Shown: positions 32,662 to 43,888, counted from the first letter of the stretch. The stretch is DNA of 64,000 nt from a virus (IMGVR_UViG_3300047567_000025:148264-212263), one strand, 5' to 3'. Notes: generated by a model from the sequence alone, not told the origin. Numbers and translations: made by a program.

Positions 32662-32787
32662 AATTAAAAATCTCCTTTTTTACAATAATATTTTTACAAG
32701 GCATAAAGGTAAGAGCCCCCTAATACCATTATAAGTTGTAAATTTACAAATGAGTTGGGTGAATGAATAACTTAATACTATTATAGA

Positions 32788-33147
32788 TCAATCATCAGAT
32801 AATGAATTTTTATACAGCAATTCATTTCTCTTATCATCTTTGTATTTATTTATCATCTGATTTGCCTGATCTTTATAAGTATTAATTATATCCGTTTTAA
32901 TTGATCTTTTCTGGATACCTGCTTGAACAAGATTATTATATCGTGAATCGTTATCTCGTTTTGCAAGAAGCATTGCTATAACTGATACTGCAATATTGTT
33001 GACAGTATCATCTGTCAGTTTTATGGTATTCTTGATATCGAGACCATTTTGCTCGGCTAAGTTCTGGAGCTGCTGATTCTTTGCTAGTCGTTCCATTAAT
33101 TCACCAACCTTAGAAAAAATAACATCATCGGTCATATTAACATTCAT
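32788..33147 (-). CDS. Hypothetical protein
   Basis: 119-aa ORF with AAGGAG RBS. Confidence 0.7.
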   Translation of the reverse strand: MNVNMTDDVIFSKVGELMERLAKNQQLQNLAEQNGLDIKNTIKLTDDTVNNIAVSVIAMLLAKRDNDSRYNNLVQAGIQKRSIKTDIINTYKDQANQMINKYKDDKRNELLYKNSLSDD

Positions 33148-33231
33148 AATACAAAGCCATCTCCTTTCATTAAAACTTTATTAATACGTGTGCCTTATGT
33201 TATCTTGTAATAAGGCACACGTATTCATTTT

Positions 33232-33480
33232 TTACGTATCAGGTGATATAATACTGGGATCATTCAATAAATCAAAATAATCACGACACTTTATGCACCT
33301 AGCAATTTCTTCAAGTGTGTTCAATACGTGTGAATCATTCTGAGTTGTGAATAATACATTCTTTCGATAGACATCTACGAACTTTTGTAATTGTTCCCCA
33401 AGATGTTGAAAGTCAATATCTTCAATCGTTTCAATAGATCCTTGCTTGTCAGAATATAATATCATTTTATACAACCTCAT
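33232..33480 (-). CDS. Hypothetical protein
   Basis: 82-aa ORF downstream of the promoter motif at 33520. Confidence 0.6.
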   Translation of the reverse strand: MRLYKMILYSDKQGSIETIEDIDFQHLGEQLQKFVDVYRKNVLFTTQNDSHVLNTLEEIARCIKCRDYFDLLNDPSIISPDT

Positions 33481-33552
33481 TTCTTTATGAACATTTCAAA
33501 AATGAATAACTTATTCATTTCATATTAATAATATAAATACGGAGGGAAAAAA

Positions 33553-33984
33553 ATGTTTGATGTTAATAATAAAGATATTATTGTTAAATTAATTATGACA
33601 AAGGATGATGATATCGTAATACCATTATATGTTAAGATATATAATATGAGATACTCTATATTGGAATTAAATGATATTACTGATTTTGATGCGTCTTCCT
33701 TTAAAGTTGGCTTTGGCACATCTACATCTTTTCTATTAAAGAATTCATTTCCAGATAAGAATATTTTTGATTTTGATAACATATCAACATTTATCGAATT
33801 TGATGAGAAACTTAATTCAAATATAATTTATCGTGTATTTGAGTCTGCACACGCAAATGGAGGTGATGTTGTACATAAGCAAATTAATAAATATTATGAA
33901 ATGTTGAATAATTATGTTTCTAATCTTGCAATTGAAAAAAAGAAAGAATTAATAAAGAAAACAATGGAAGAATATTCTTCATAA
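33553..33984 (+). CDS. Hypothetical protein
   Basis: 143-aa ORF with GGAGG RBS. Confidence 0.7.
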   Translation: MFDVNNKDIIVKLIMTKDDDIVIPLYVKIYNMRYSILELNDITDFDASSFKVGFGTSTSFLLKNSFPDKNIFDFDNISTFIEFDEKLNSNIIYRVFESAHANGGDVVHKQINKYYEMLNNYVSNLAIEKKKELIKKTMEEYSS

Positions 33985-34525
33985 TTTTTTTATTTTCTAA
34001 ACATATATTTTTATAATGTAGGGGTTGATGTAATATAGTGATAATTACATCAGTGAAAGAGGTGAGGATATTAGATAATTAAAGATTAGAAAGCTAAGTA
34101 AGCTAATATTACATTTCTATTCCTTAATTTCTATTTTTTTATTTTCTAAACATATATTTTTATAATGTAGGGGTTGATGTAATATAGTGATAATTACATC
34201 AATGGAAAAGTTGTGATATTAGATAATTAAAGATTAGAAAGCTAAGTAAGCTTAATAAGCTAATTAAAGCTAATATTACATTTCTATTCCTTAATTTCTA
34301 TATTTTCTAAACATATATTTTTATAATGTAGGGGTTGATGTAATATAGTGATAATTACATCAATGGAAAAGTTGTGATATTAACTAATTAAAACTAAATA
34401 AGCTTAATAAGCTAATTAAAGCTAATATTACATTTCTATTTCTATTTTTTTATTTTCTAAACATATATTTTTATAATGTAGGGCAGTGATGATATAGTGG
34501 TAATTATGTATAGTATGAGAGGATG
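33985..34525 (+). repeat. Tandem array of four ~150-bp units (promoter-like core, hairpin, AAGCTAA microrepeats)
   Basis: TATTTTCTAAACATATATTTTTATAATGTAGGG starts at 33991, 34140, 34301 and 34451. Confidence 0.92.
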
Positions 34526-34534
34526 AAAATATGA

Positions 34535-35476
34535 ATGAATGATAAAGACATAGAGTACAAAGAGAAGCTACTAGCATCTGGTATATTCCGTAGAGTTGGT
34601 GTTAGTGAGCGATATACTTGTCAATGTCCTTTTTGCAATGATAACAAAAGACACATGTATGTACTAATAAGACTGACTGATGATACACCATGCTTGTATC
34701 GATGTTTCAAATGTGAAGCTAAAGGTAAAATGAATAAGCAATTTTTAGAGTATTTTGGTATTGACAATATATCGATACCACGAACATCAACTCGACGTAA
34801 AATTGATATAGACAAAGCATCCACTACATCAAATCTTACACTTGTCAATGAAAATGATACCTATAATATTAACTTTGCATGCTCATACATTGAATCAAGA
34901 GTTGGCCATTATCCATCAATAGCAGAACTTCAATATTTTCAATTTATATCAAACCCACAATCATACGCTAACGAATTTCTTGGTGATAATAAGGAATCCA
35001 ATTATTTTAAAGATCGATCATGGTTTAAATTGACAAATGGAAATATCATGGGCAGATATAAAGATGATACTACAAATTATCGTTGGCTGCGATATAAGTC
35101 TCAACGAGTTACGGATAAAGGCTTATATACTTTCAAGATGCCATTTGATTTATATCAACCAATAAACGTATATATTGCAGAAGGTGCTTTTGATTTAATT
35201 GGCTTATATTATAATCATAAGCGTGATAATAATATTTATATTGCATCATTAGGTAGAGACTATGTCAGTTGCATTCGATATCTCATATCTATTGGCATAT
35301 TCGGAATAAGCGTCAATATATTCATATTTAAAGATGCTGATGTCCCTGCAAGTTCGATATATATCAACAAGAATATGCGATCATTATTTAACAAGATTGA
35401 TATATATCAAAATATATTGGCGAAAGATTATGGTGTAATGCCGAATGATCTTGAAATACAAAAATGCATAATATAA
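34535..35476 (+). CDS. DNA primase (Zn finger plus TOPRIM)
   Basis: CPFC...CFKC zinc-binding domain; IAEGAFD; FKDAD; KDYG. Confidence 0.85.
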   Translation: MNDKDIEYKEKLLASGIFRRVGVSERYTCQCPFCNDNKRHMYVLIRLTDDTPCLYRCFKCEAKGKMNKQFLEYFGIDNISIPRTSTRRKIDIDKASTTSNLTLVNENDTYNINFACSYIESRVGHYPSIAELQYFQFISNPQSYANEFLGDNKESNYFKDRSWFKLTNGNIMGRYKDDTTNYRWLRYKSQRVTDKGLYTFKMPFDLYQPINVYIAEGAFDLIGLYYNHKRDNNIYIASLGRDYVSCIRYLISIGIFGISVNIFIFKDADVPASSIYINKNMRSLFNKIDIYQNILAKDYGVMPNDLEIQKCII

Positions 35477-35495
35477 GAAAGAAAGGATATATAAT

Positions 35496-35984
35496 ATGGA
35501 AAGAATTTCAAAAACTGAATACTATTTAAAAATTGCAGAGGCTGTCGCTATGAGAGGTACGTGCTTACGACGCAAATATGGCTCTATTATTGTCAAAGAT
35601 GATAGAGTTGTATCATCAGGATATGCAGGAGCCCCAACAGGTCGTATGAATTGTTGTGAAATTGGAACTTGCGTTCGTGAGATTAATAATATACCGAGAG
35701 GAACTCATTATGAGTTGTGCAGATCGGTACATTCTGAAATGAATGCTATAATACAAGCATCTCCTGAAGAGCTTAAAGATGCCACATTATATCTCGTTGG
35801 AATTGAATATAATTCAGGAGATTATGTTAAAGATGCAAATTGTTGTGCAATGTGCAAAAGAGTTATAATAAATGCCGGTATAAAGAATGTCATCATTCGA
35901 ACAGAGTCGGATCATTATAAAACTATTAACGTGAAAGAATGGGTTGATGATGATGATAGTCTTAATTTAATAGCCGGATATTAA
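35496..35984 (+). CDS. dCMP deaminase
   Basis: CLRRKYG, VHSEMNAI and CAMC zinc-binding motifs. Confidence 0.92.
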   Translation: MERISKTEYYLKIAEAVAMRGTCLRRKYGSIIVKDDRVVSSGYAGAPTGRMNCCEIGTCVREINNIPRGTHYELCRSVHSEMNAIIQASPEELKDATLYLVGIEYNSGDYVKDANCCAMCKRVIINAGIKNVIIRTESDHYKTINVKEWVDDDDSLNLIAGY

Positions 35985-35990
35985 TGATTA

Positions 35991-36383
35991 ATGGAGGAAT
36001 TTTTAATGAAGAATGAAGTATGCAATAGGTCTGTAAAGATACTTGAAATGGAAAACTGCCTTGTCGATATATCCGATAACACTAAGAAATTGAATGTTGG
36101 TCAATTTTATAAATGCATAACGACAATCAATTCATATTCTTATAAAATGATACATGTTTCTGATGATGAGACTGATCAAAAATATGGTATGATGAGTGTA
36201 TATTTTACTGCTAATGATATTGATTGTCAATCTCTTATTGTATCAGCCAATGACATTAATGAAATTAAACTTGCATCTGATGAAAATGATTTGTTTGAAA
36301 TAATTTTTAAATGTTTAAATTTTGATATAAAAAAATCTGCATTCGTTAATATCGTATCAATAAAGCATATGAAAAATAATTAA
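35991..36383 (+). CDS. Hypothetical protein (likely start at MKNEV)
   Basis: GGAGG RBS before the internal ATG. Confidence 0.65.
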   Translation: MEEFLMKNEVCNRSVKILEMENCLVDISDNTKKLNVGQFYKCITTINSYSYKMIHVSDDETDQKYGMMSVYFTANDIDCQSLIVSANDINEIKLASDENDLFEIIFKCLNFDIKKSAFVNIVSIKHMKNN

Positions 36384-36402
36384 TATTATGGAGGAATTTT
36401 TA

Positions 36403-36519
36403 ATGAAGAATGTAATCTCATTTATAACAGTAACCATCGTTGGATATATCATTGGATATGTTCTCGAAAATATAATAACAAACAAGTTCACTGTTGATGA
36501 TACTATATTCAAAAGATAA
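36403..36519 (+). CDS. 38-aa single-TM peptide (MKNVISFITVTIVGYIIGYVLE...)
   Basis: Its start region ATGGAGGAATTTTTAATGAAGAATG is nearly identical to that of the preceding gene. Confidence 0.5.
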   Translation: MKNVISFITVTIVGYIIGYVLENIITNKFTVDDTIFKR

Positions 36520-36582
36520 TAATATCATTGACCAATATAACAAAAATAGTGGGGCATTAAGCCCCACTATTATGTTATTTTT

Positions 36583-39500
36583 TTATATTTTATTCCACGT
36601 ACCTGTGTCAGAATTAAATAACTTTAATGAAATATCAGTACCAACTGTATCAATTACAACACTTTTTGCATTTAAAACATTACCAGATTCATCAGTAATA
36701 TTTGCGTCATTGGAAATGTTGCTACACCTAATTGCTTGAAGCCTTACTGGGTTAAATGCCATACCACTTTTGTTTGTAATTGTAAATGTATTTACCCTTG
36801 GAAATACCAGTTGCCATACACCCATTGGCTGATGTAATGCATCTATATTTGATATATTTGTATTAATACTGATAAATTCGGTTAATTTTGGCTGCTGATA
36901 TATTGGATCTTTATCAGTATAAGTTTCATTTATCTGTGCTGGATTATTTGTGAGAATATTATAATTTAATACTCCGGTTACTGAATCAACAAGCTGTGGA
37001 AATGTCGATGATCCATCTACAGTATTTCTAAAGTCAACATCAGCCCAAGTGATATTTTCAGTTGTCATTCCAAAATCATATGATGTTTTGTCGATAAAGT
37101 ATGTTTCATGTCTGCTGGATTTTGGATTATATGTCCACATCATAGCACCAACTTTATCAACATTCCAAACAATAGTTGTTGATTGATTTGAATGTACATA
37201 ATTATTACAATTTAAAGAATTCTTTGGTAGCATTGTTGTTGAATCAGTCGTCATGAAATTATTAAAAGAACGGCTAATAACACCAGCAACAATTTCTAAT
37301 ACTGATGTATCATTCTGAGAAGTACTGTTCCATCTCCATACGACATATGAGTCATATCGTGCTATAGCGTTTAATGCAGCAATAACATCTGTTATATTGT
37401 GACGGGCAATTTTGATTTTACGAAGACCTGTGCAATAAAATTTTGACATGTCAATTCGTGTATAAGCATCATCTTCATTAGAGCTAATTGTTGATTTTAA
37501 TGGAGATTTTGTTTCATCAATGATATTAATAAATGATGCAGTTGAAAACGCTAATACTGTTGTTGGATCTTTGTATTTTTCTTGTTTAGCAGTCATGATG
37601 TTTCTCATAGATGGAATAATCGAATTAATATATGATTCTTGTGTTGATACATTAATTCCTTTTGACGTTGATGATTGCTCAAATTCTGATATAAGAACTG
37701 ACCTATTCCATTCACCCATTTTTGGCGTTGATGTATCTTCTGTATTAATATCATATTGCCATAACCATAATCCATCTGATTCACGGGAAAATGCAAATAG
37801 GTTGTCAAATATTTCGCCTTTATGTGTTATTATAGAAGAATATTCATTAATCATAAATCTAAACTTAAGGCCGACACCATTTCCTGTTAATGGAGATGTA
37901 CCATATGGCTCCGTATATCCAGTCATATCAGCAGTCATACTAAAGTTTGATAGATTTATATTAGTACTATCAGCAGGTGTTACACCAAGTTCTGTTACAT
38001 TTCCATCTGTACCAACTTTTGTTACTGTATAATGGAAAGCAAAACCTCCTACAATAACAACACCGATATCTCCAACGGCATATCCAGTTCCTTGCTCCGT
38101 AATATTGCCAATTGTGACATTTGCTGGATTGACCATTGGATTGATATTTTCGTAATGACGAAAATCATTATGATCTACTAAATCAACGGCTTTTAATCCC
38201 TCATATGGTTGAGTAAACACAAAATCATTGTGTTCACCATATCGTGAATTCGGATCGTTTACGGGTACTCCATATTTATCGAGAGCAGTTGGTCTGACCC
38301 ATCTATCTCCAAGTATATTATATAATCGATCTTTGTCTGCTGATTTATATGAAGCTTCTGATCTAACATATTGCTTATCAACAACTTGTGTTGGAGATAA
38401 ACCTGATATACCAGATAACTGCATTACTGATGTTGGTACATCACATATTCGAGCAACTGTTCTTGCTGGCTTTGGATATTTGGATGTAGCATTATTTTCA
38501 TACTCAATACTGTCATTTGAAATAATATATCCTCGACCACGTTCATCATTGCTAGTTTCATCAGTCGAATCTTTTGTTTTCATTTTTCCAGGGTCAAGCA
38601 AGATAGCAGCGACCTGTCGACTATTAGGAATGTCAGGAGTATAAGTTGGAGTATTGTGTATTGCATATATTGCCATATGTTGCGGTACGGCACCTTCATC
38701 AATATTAGTCAGCCATTTAGGTAGGCCATCCCATTTGTTTAAATCATATGGGTATCTATCGTATATGTCAGATGTCATATTCGATGATCCCATTCTAACA
38801 CCAGCATATCCAACATCATTTGTCGATGTTGCAAAAGAAACATTCTCATCAAAATGAACATTAAATGCTTCTGTTAATGGTGATTGTGCGACCTGTAAGC
38901 AATTAGTATCAAACACTGATAATGAAATAGTTGCGGTTGTATCTTTTCTAACCCATTGTACTTTATCCAGCGATAATGTTATGATATCATTATCTGTACA
39001 TGTCACTCCTATAGCTGTAGATGTTCCATCTTTATTTACCATTGATATTGATGTCGGGTCTATTGGAATATCCGCATCGGACGATACTCCTGAAAAAGTA
39101 TATCCAGATTTACAAGTACATTGAAGAGTATAGTTACTTGTAGCTGTACCATCAGGTGTAGCATTACAATTACCATCAATCCCAGCATACAATTTAGCAT
39201 TATATTTTGACGAATTACCAGAATTTGATATGAACATTAACTGATTTCCTGCAGAGTTTATGTTATGTGAAAATGTCATTGTTGGACCAACATCCGTTTG
39301 ATCACAAGTAAACCAATATAATGGATAACCTATTAGACCATCATCATTAACAGCCAATGTTTCATAGACACCATCACCTTTTGATTCAATGCTGAGTGGT
39401 TGTAGGGCTTCTGTTAATGGATAATAATATACAGTATTTGTTATGCTACTATCAAAGTCAAGTGTTCGCTCGATTGAATATGCTCCATCAGGACCAATCA

Positions 39501-39987
39501 TCATAACAGTTGGTGTGGTAGATGTCTTTAGCCATCTACCACAGAAAACATCAGATGTGTTGATGCTTCCTCCAAAAAGTATTGTACATTCTTTGCAATC
39601 TTTAAATTTAATTTTATAATTTTTATATTGAACAATACCTCCGACGTTTAATGGATATTCTGTCGATGTTATACGAGCAAACATTAATCCATTTACCATT
39701 GATGAATATGCAAACGCAGATGAATATATTGATAAAATTTTTGATGATGCTGTATTGACATATTTAATAGAAGCGACGCTATCATTTTTAAATGGCATCT
39801 TTTCTGTTTCTATAATAATATCAGATCCAATATTATCGATTTGACCTAGGAAAACATCACCTGTATATTTATCTTGCAACTGCTTTTTTTTATCTGTTTT
39901 TAATAACCAATGTTTTTTCTCTTGCTCTAATATTAGAGCAAGATCATTATATCCGAGAAACCAATATATTTTATCTGGAATAGACAT
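36583..39987 (-). CDS. Large virion tail/baseplate-associated protein (paralog 1)
   Basis: 1134 aa, beta-rich and T/S/G-rich; shares the KPARTxxRxCDxPTS block with the neighbouring gene. Confidence 0.6.
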   Translation of the reverse strand: MSIPDKIYWFLGYNDLALILEQEKKHWLLKTDKKKQLQDKYTGDVFLGQIDNIGSDIIIETEKMPFKNDSVASIKYVNTASSKILSIYSSAFAYSSMVNGLMFARITSTEYPLNVGGIVQYKNYKIKFKDCKECTILFGGSINTSDVFCGRWLKTSTTPTVMMIGPDGAYSIERTLDFDSSITNTVYYYPLTEALQPLSIESKGDGVYETLAVNDDGLIGYPLYWFTCDQTDVGPTMTFSHNINSAGNQLMFISNSGNSSKYNAKLYAGIDGNCNATPDGTATSNYTLQCTCKSGYTFSGVSSDADIPIDPTSISMVNKDGTSTAIGVTCTDNDIITLSLDKVQWVRKDTTATISLSVFDTNCLQVAQSPLTEAFNVHFDENVSFATSTNDVGYAGVRMGSSNMTSDIYDRYPYDLNKWDGLPKWLTNIDEGAVPQHMAIYAIHNTPTYTPDIPNSRQVAAILLDPGKMKTKDSTDETSNDERGRGYIISNDSIEYENNATSKYPKPARTVARICDVPTSVMQLSGISGLSPTQVVDKQYVRSEASYKSADKDRLYNILGDRWVRPTALDKYGVPVNDPNSRYGEHNDFVFTQPYEGLKAVDLVDHNDFRHYENINPMVNPANVTIGNITEQGTGYAVGDIGVVIVGGFAFHYTVTKVGTDGNVTELGVTPADSTNINLSNFSMTADMTGYTEPYGTSPLTGNGVGLKFRFMINEYSSIITHKGEIFDNLFAFSRESDGLWLWQYDINTEDTSTPKMGEWNRSVLISEFEQSSTSKGINVSTQESYINSIIPSMRNIMTAKQEKYKDPTTVLAFSTASFINIIDETKSPLKSTISSNEDDAYTRIDMSKFYCTGLRKIKIARHNITDVIAALNAIARYDSYVVWRWNSTSQNDTSVLEIVAGVISRSFNNFMTTDSTTMLPKNSLNCNNYVHSNQSTTIVWNVDKVGAMMWTYNPKSSRHETYFIDKTSYDFGMTTENITWADVDFRNTVDGSSTFPQLVDSVTGVLNYNILTNNPAQINETYTDKDPIYQQPKLTEFISINTNISNIDALHQPMGVWQLVFPRVNTFTITNKSGMAFNPVRLQAIRCSNISNDANITDESGNVLNAKSVVIDTVGTDISLKLFNSDTGTWNKI

Positions 39988-42900
39988 TATGAAGCCTCCC
40001 TATTTATTTTTACCCATTCAGAGCTGATATATATGTATAATGCGTTATTATAAATTATCAATGAATGTCTAGATATATCATTTCCTGAATTATCCATTAT
40101 AACAAACCCATCTAATGATGATATTGATATTGCATCATCAATTTTAAATATAAATAATTCTTCAGATATATTTGATTTATTATTTAAATAAATCTTCGGA
40201 TTATATATGTATGATAAAATGTCATAACCTCCGGTTGGCTGTTCACCAATTCCATCATACGACCCATTAATATATTTAACAACCGATTCTCCGGCTTTTC
40301 GTAATATTGAAATATTATTTCGATTATATATAGGGCTATCATATTTATTCATTATAATATAATCTATTAGCATCTCATCAGAATATTTATATGATGAATC
40401 TTCATATATAATAGGCTCTGAATATGTACTAATTTCCGAAGATATTATAGCTAATAATTCTTTATGGGTTTTTGTTTTAAGATTATTGATATATGTTGAT
40501 CTCCAATCTGGCTCTTTGAATTCATTATATTGGTATACGTTATATGGCAATATTCCATCTGATGCTTTAAAATCAAACTTTGAACCAAATACGTCATTAA
40601 ATGTTAATTTACGCTCTTTTGATAATAAATAAGTATCAGTTGTCAACGGCTCGTATGTTTGTATATGATTTTTCTTTGGATTAAATACCATCGGCAAAGG
40701 TTGATAATCTTTGACATTTTCATCTATTGAGTATGATACCATATTGGATATATTATAATATTTTCTAAGATTTACTTTGTGTAATTTTGGTAAAATATAC
40801 TCACCTGATATAGGAGGATACATTGTAAATGTTTCCAATTGATGGTTATTTCCTATTTCTTGTGATGGCTCTACGACATAATACGTGTTCTGTAAGTTCA
40901 CATACTCTGATATGATTGCGGATGTTAGGTCATCATTAATATTAACTGAACTCGAAATTTCTGTTTGTAATTTGGAATTATTTACGATAATATCTTTCCA
41001 AAAAGAAGTATTGTTTTTATTCGTCTGATTTATGATATTATTAATAATAGCATCTGATATTGAATAACCTTTGTCTCGAGATTCATCATAATAGTTAACC
41101 GGTATTTCTGCATTTGTAAACTGAGTATGCTCATGCCACTGTCCATTATCATATGTCCATATCCACAAAGTTCCATATCTGTCAAATTTGAATGCATATA
41201 ATCCATTAAAATAATCAGTAGATTTTATTGGCTGTAAAGCATTCCAATCTGACTCATCAATTGTCAATTTTACAGTTAATCCAGTTCCAGAGCCAGATAG
41301 TTTTGTCGTGGTATAATCCGATATTCGAGATTGGATATTACTTATATTAATTTTTGATGCATCATTATTATCTTCAATAGTAATTGTTACTGCAATTCCT
41401 AAATCTGATGTCAATACAGTTCCATTAAAATATATACCGCCTATATTAAAGGTGAATCTATCACCATTAGCATACCCAGAACCGCCATTAAGAACTTCGA
41501 ATTTATAATTAGTCGACGTTGATGGTTTTGATATATCTGATGTCATATTCATTCGTGTCATAGGATGATATTGTGAGTTTATTGATTCATCTTTGAATAT
41601 TGTATTTATATCGGTACTATAATCAAATATGATATTATCTTTATCACGTAATAGAACTGATGCTTTATTATTATACAACATATCTTGATCGATAGCTGTA
41701 TATGGAACTTCGGTTCTGACATATTGCTTATCAATAACTATTGGCGGTGCAACATATGTAATATTTGTTAATTGAATAAATGATGTCGGAATATCACATA
41801 CTCGACATATTGTTCGTGCCGGCTTGCGTTGTTTTGATGTTTCATTGTTATCATAATACTCTTCATCATTTGATATATAATATACACGACCCATTCCAAT
41901 AAATGGATCAAAAGACATCATGCCAGTTGAAAATACTCGATTTCCATGATATACGAATTTAGGCATTAATTTATAACGTACTATATCCGAGTTTCCAAAA
42001 GTATTTCCATCAACAAATACGATTTCTGATAAGCTATTATTAGGCGATATACTTTCGCCATATGTTTTATACAATCTTCCAGTATCCCAATCATATTTTA
42101 TTATGAGATTCAAATTGGCAAGAATACCGATTACATCGTTTTGTGGAACTGCTGAATCAACAATAATGCCAGAGAGTTGTTTATCAGTAACCTTCTGATT
42201 TGTATTATTTAAGTCATCGCGTATTGAATATAATTCAACATGTGAACGATGAATCGTTCTATCCATCATGTATCTGAAGTATGGAGGGAGTCCTTCGAAA
42301 TCACCGATATTATGTATAGTACCATTTTTCTTAGAAATGCTATTATCTGAATAATCTGATGATGAATCTACATGGAGTCCTGAATAAGCATTTTCACAGA
42401 TTCCTTCATATTGATGAAGATATTTATCATCAAATTCAATGACAAATGCTGATAGAAGTTGTTTCTTAGTATCTGCGCTATATTCAGGATAGTTATTACT
42501 AAAGCTTGTCATTGGTATATATGCGTAACATGTATTTTTATATGTCGTTCCATCATAATCATAGTCACCAACAGATGGTGACTTAAAAGACCATTCTACA
42601 TCTTTACTTAGCGTGATATGAATGAATGATTGATCAAATGTAATGATATTCTCAACAGATGGTGCTGTACTGATTGAATTAGATTTCATGAATATTATCT
42701 TTGATATTGGTATATAATAATTATTTACATTATTAACAGATTTCACAAAACTATTGCCATCAACTGGCATAACCTTGATGAACCAACTATCATCAACAAT
42801 ATCACCTGACGGAGTATTGTTAGATCCATATACCAATGGATATATTTTTGATATATCATGTCCATCTGTTCCTATTGTAAGCAAATTATTATTATTCGAA

Positions 42901-43622
42901 TCAAGGTTATTCTTAAATGATATATCAGGATATAATCGGAATATATCTACGCAAAACCATACAAATGGAAGTTCACTCATATTATTAGTGATCGGTTTCG
43001 TCAGTAGTATTCCATCTTTATATGAATCTATAAAAGAATTCATATTATCATTCATGAGAAAATAATAATCTACTGATTTACCGGATCCATCATCAACTGA
43101 TAAAGGCAACTCGATATCTTTGATTGTTATGTCAGTGAAATCATGTATTACTAAAACAGGCGGTGTTGTTGTAAATGCAAAGATATCACGTCTTACAATA
43201 GTATCGCTCAAGCTTTCTGATCTTAAAATGAAACACTTTTTGCAATTGCTAAATTTAATACGATATTCTTTATTTGATAATAAAGCATCTTTTGACAGTT
43301 TGGCCTCAAGAATATACTGCTGATCATATGTGTTAATCAAATTTGAATATGTAATATCAAAATAGAACTCGAAAGTGTTATGTATAAAAATATTTTTCAA
43401 TGACGGCTTATCCATCAATATTTTTCGAGATTCCAACAGTAATTCAGATCCGAAGTTCTCAGCAACACCCGAATATTGTGAGCCATTAATATCTTCATAT
43501 CCGTAATTCTTTTTCGTATATGAATCATAATAGTTTCTCAAGAATTGTAAAGTACTTCTCAATCCATCAGGACTAATAAAGGGGGAATATTCTTTTGGAA
43601 TATTATTACTCAATTTAATCAT
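39987..43622 (-). CDS. Large virion tail/baseplate-associated protein (paralog 2)
   Basis: 1211 aa; GSGYANGD segment; core shared with 36583..39987. Confidence 0.6.
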   Translation of the reverse strand: MIKLSNNIPKEYSPFISPDGLRSTLQFLRNYYDSYTKKNYGYEDINGSQYSGVAENFGSELLLESRKILMDKPSLKNIFIHNTFEFYFDITYSNLINTYDQQYILEAKLSKDALLSNKEYRIKFSNCKKCFILRSESLSDTIVRRDIFAFTTTPPVLVIHDFTDITIKDIELPLSVDDGSGKSVDYYFLMNDNMNSFIDSYKDGILLTKPITNNMSELPFVWFCVDIFRLYPDISFKNNLDSNNNNLLTIGTDGHDISKIYPLVYGSNNTPSGDIVDDSWFIKVMPVDGNSFVKSVNNVNNYYIPISKIIFMKSNSISTAPSVENIITFDQSFIHITLSKDVEWSFKSPSVGDYDYDGTTYKNTCYAYIPMTSFSNNYPEYSADTKKQLLSAFVIEFDDKYLHQYEGICENAYSGLHVDSSSDYSDNSISKKNGTIHNIGDFEGLPPYFRYMMDRTIHRSHVELYSIRDDLNNTNQKVTDKQLSGIIVDSAVPQNDVIGILANLNLIIKYDWDTGRLYKTYGESISPNNSLSEIVFVDGNTFGNSDIVRYKLMPKFVYHGNRVFSTGMMSFDPFIGMGRVYYISNDEEYYDNNETSKQRKPARTICRVCDIPTSFIQLTNITYVAPPIVIDKQYVRTEVPYTAIDQDMLYNNKASVLLRDKDNIIFDYSTDINTIFKDESINSQYHPMTRMNMTSDISKPSTSTNYKFEVLNGGSGYANGDRFTFNIGGIYFNGTVLTSDLGIAVTITIEDNNDASKINISNIQSRISDYTTTKLSGSGTGLTVKLTIDESDWNALQPIKSTDYFNGLYAFKFDRYGTLWIWTYDNGQWHEHTQFTNAEIPVNYYDESRDKGYSISDAIINNIINQTNKNNTSFWKDIIVNNSKLQTEISSSVNINDDLTSAIISEYVNLQNTYYVVEPSQEIGNNHQLETFTMYPPISGEYILPKLHKVNLRKYYNISNMVSYSIDENVKDYQPLPMVFNPKKNHIQTYEPLTTDTYLLSKERKLTFNDVFGSKFDFKASDGILPYNVYQYNEFKEPDWRSTYINNLKTKTHKELLAIISSEISTYSEPIIYEDSSYKYSDEMLIDYIIMNKYDSPIYNRNNISILRKAGESVVKYINGSYDGIGEQPTGGYDILSYIYNPKIYLNNKSNISEELFIFKIDDAISISSLDGFVIMDNSGNDISRHSLIIYNNALYIYISSEWVKINREAS

Positions 43623-43635
43623 CTCCTTATATTTC

Positions 43636-43775
43636 TTAATTTCTATTTTTTTATTTTCTAAACATATATTTTTATAATGTAGGGGTTGATGTAATATAGT
43701 GATAATTACATCAATGGAAAAGTTGTGATATTAACTAATTAAAACTAAATAAGCTAAGTAAGCTAATTAAAGCTA
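43636..43775 (+). repeat. Fifth, solitary copy of the ~150-bp unit
   Basis: Core starts at 43652, near-identical to array copy 3; lies upstream of rpoB-N. Confidence 0.9.
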
Positions 43776-43888
43776 TACAATAATACTATGATTATTTTTT
43801 TATTTTTTTGATTAATTACACACATATTATTCCTATGATTACAAGAACATTCTTGTACTTCAAAAGTATAGAAAGTGAAGGTGATAAA

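Noticed and set aside
33985-34525. CRISPR array
   Set aside because: The inter-core segments are related to each other rather than unique spacers, the period is ~150 bp, and no cas genes are visible.
35496-35984. Evidence for uracil-substituted DNA as in AR9/PBS1
   Set aside because: dCMP deaminase alone is common in thymine-DNA phages; the question cannot be decided from this window.
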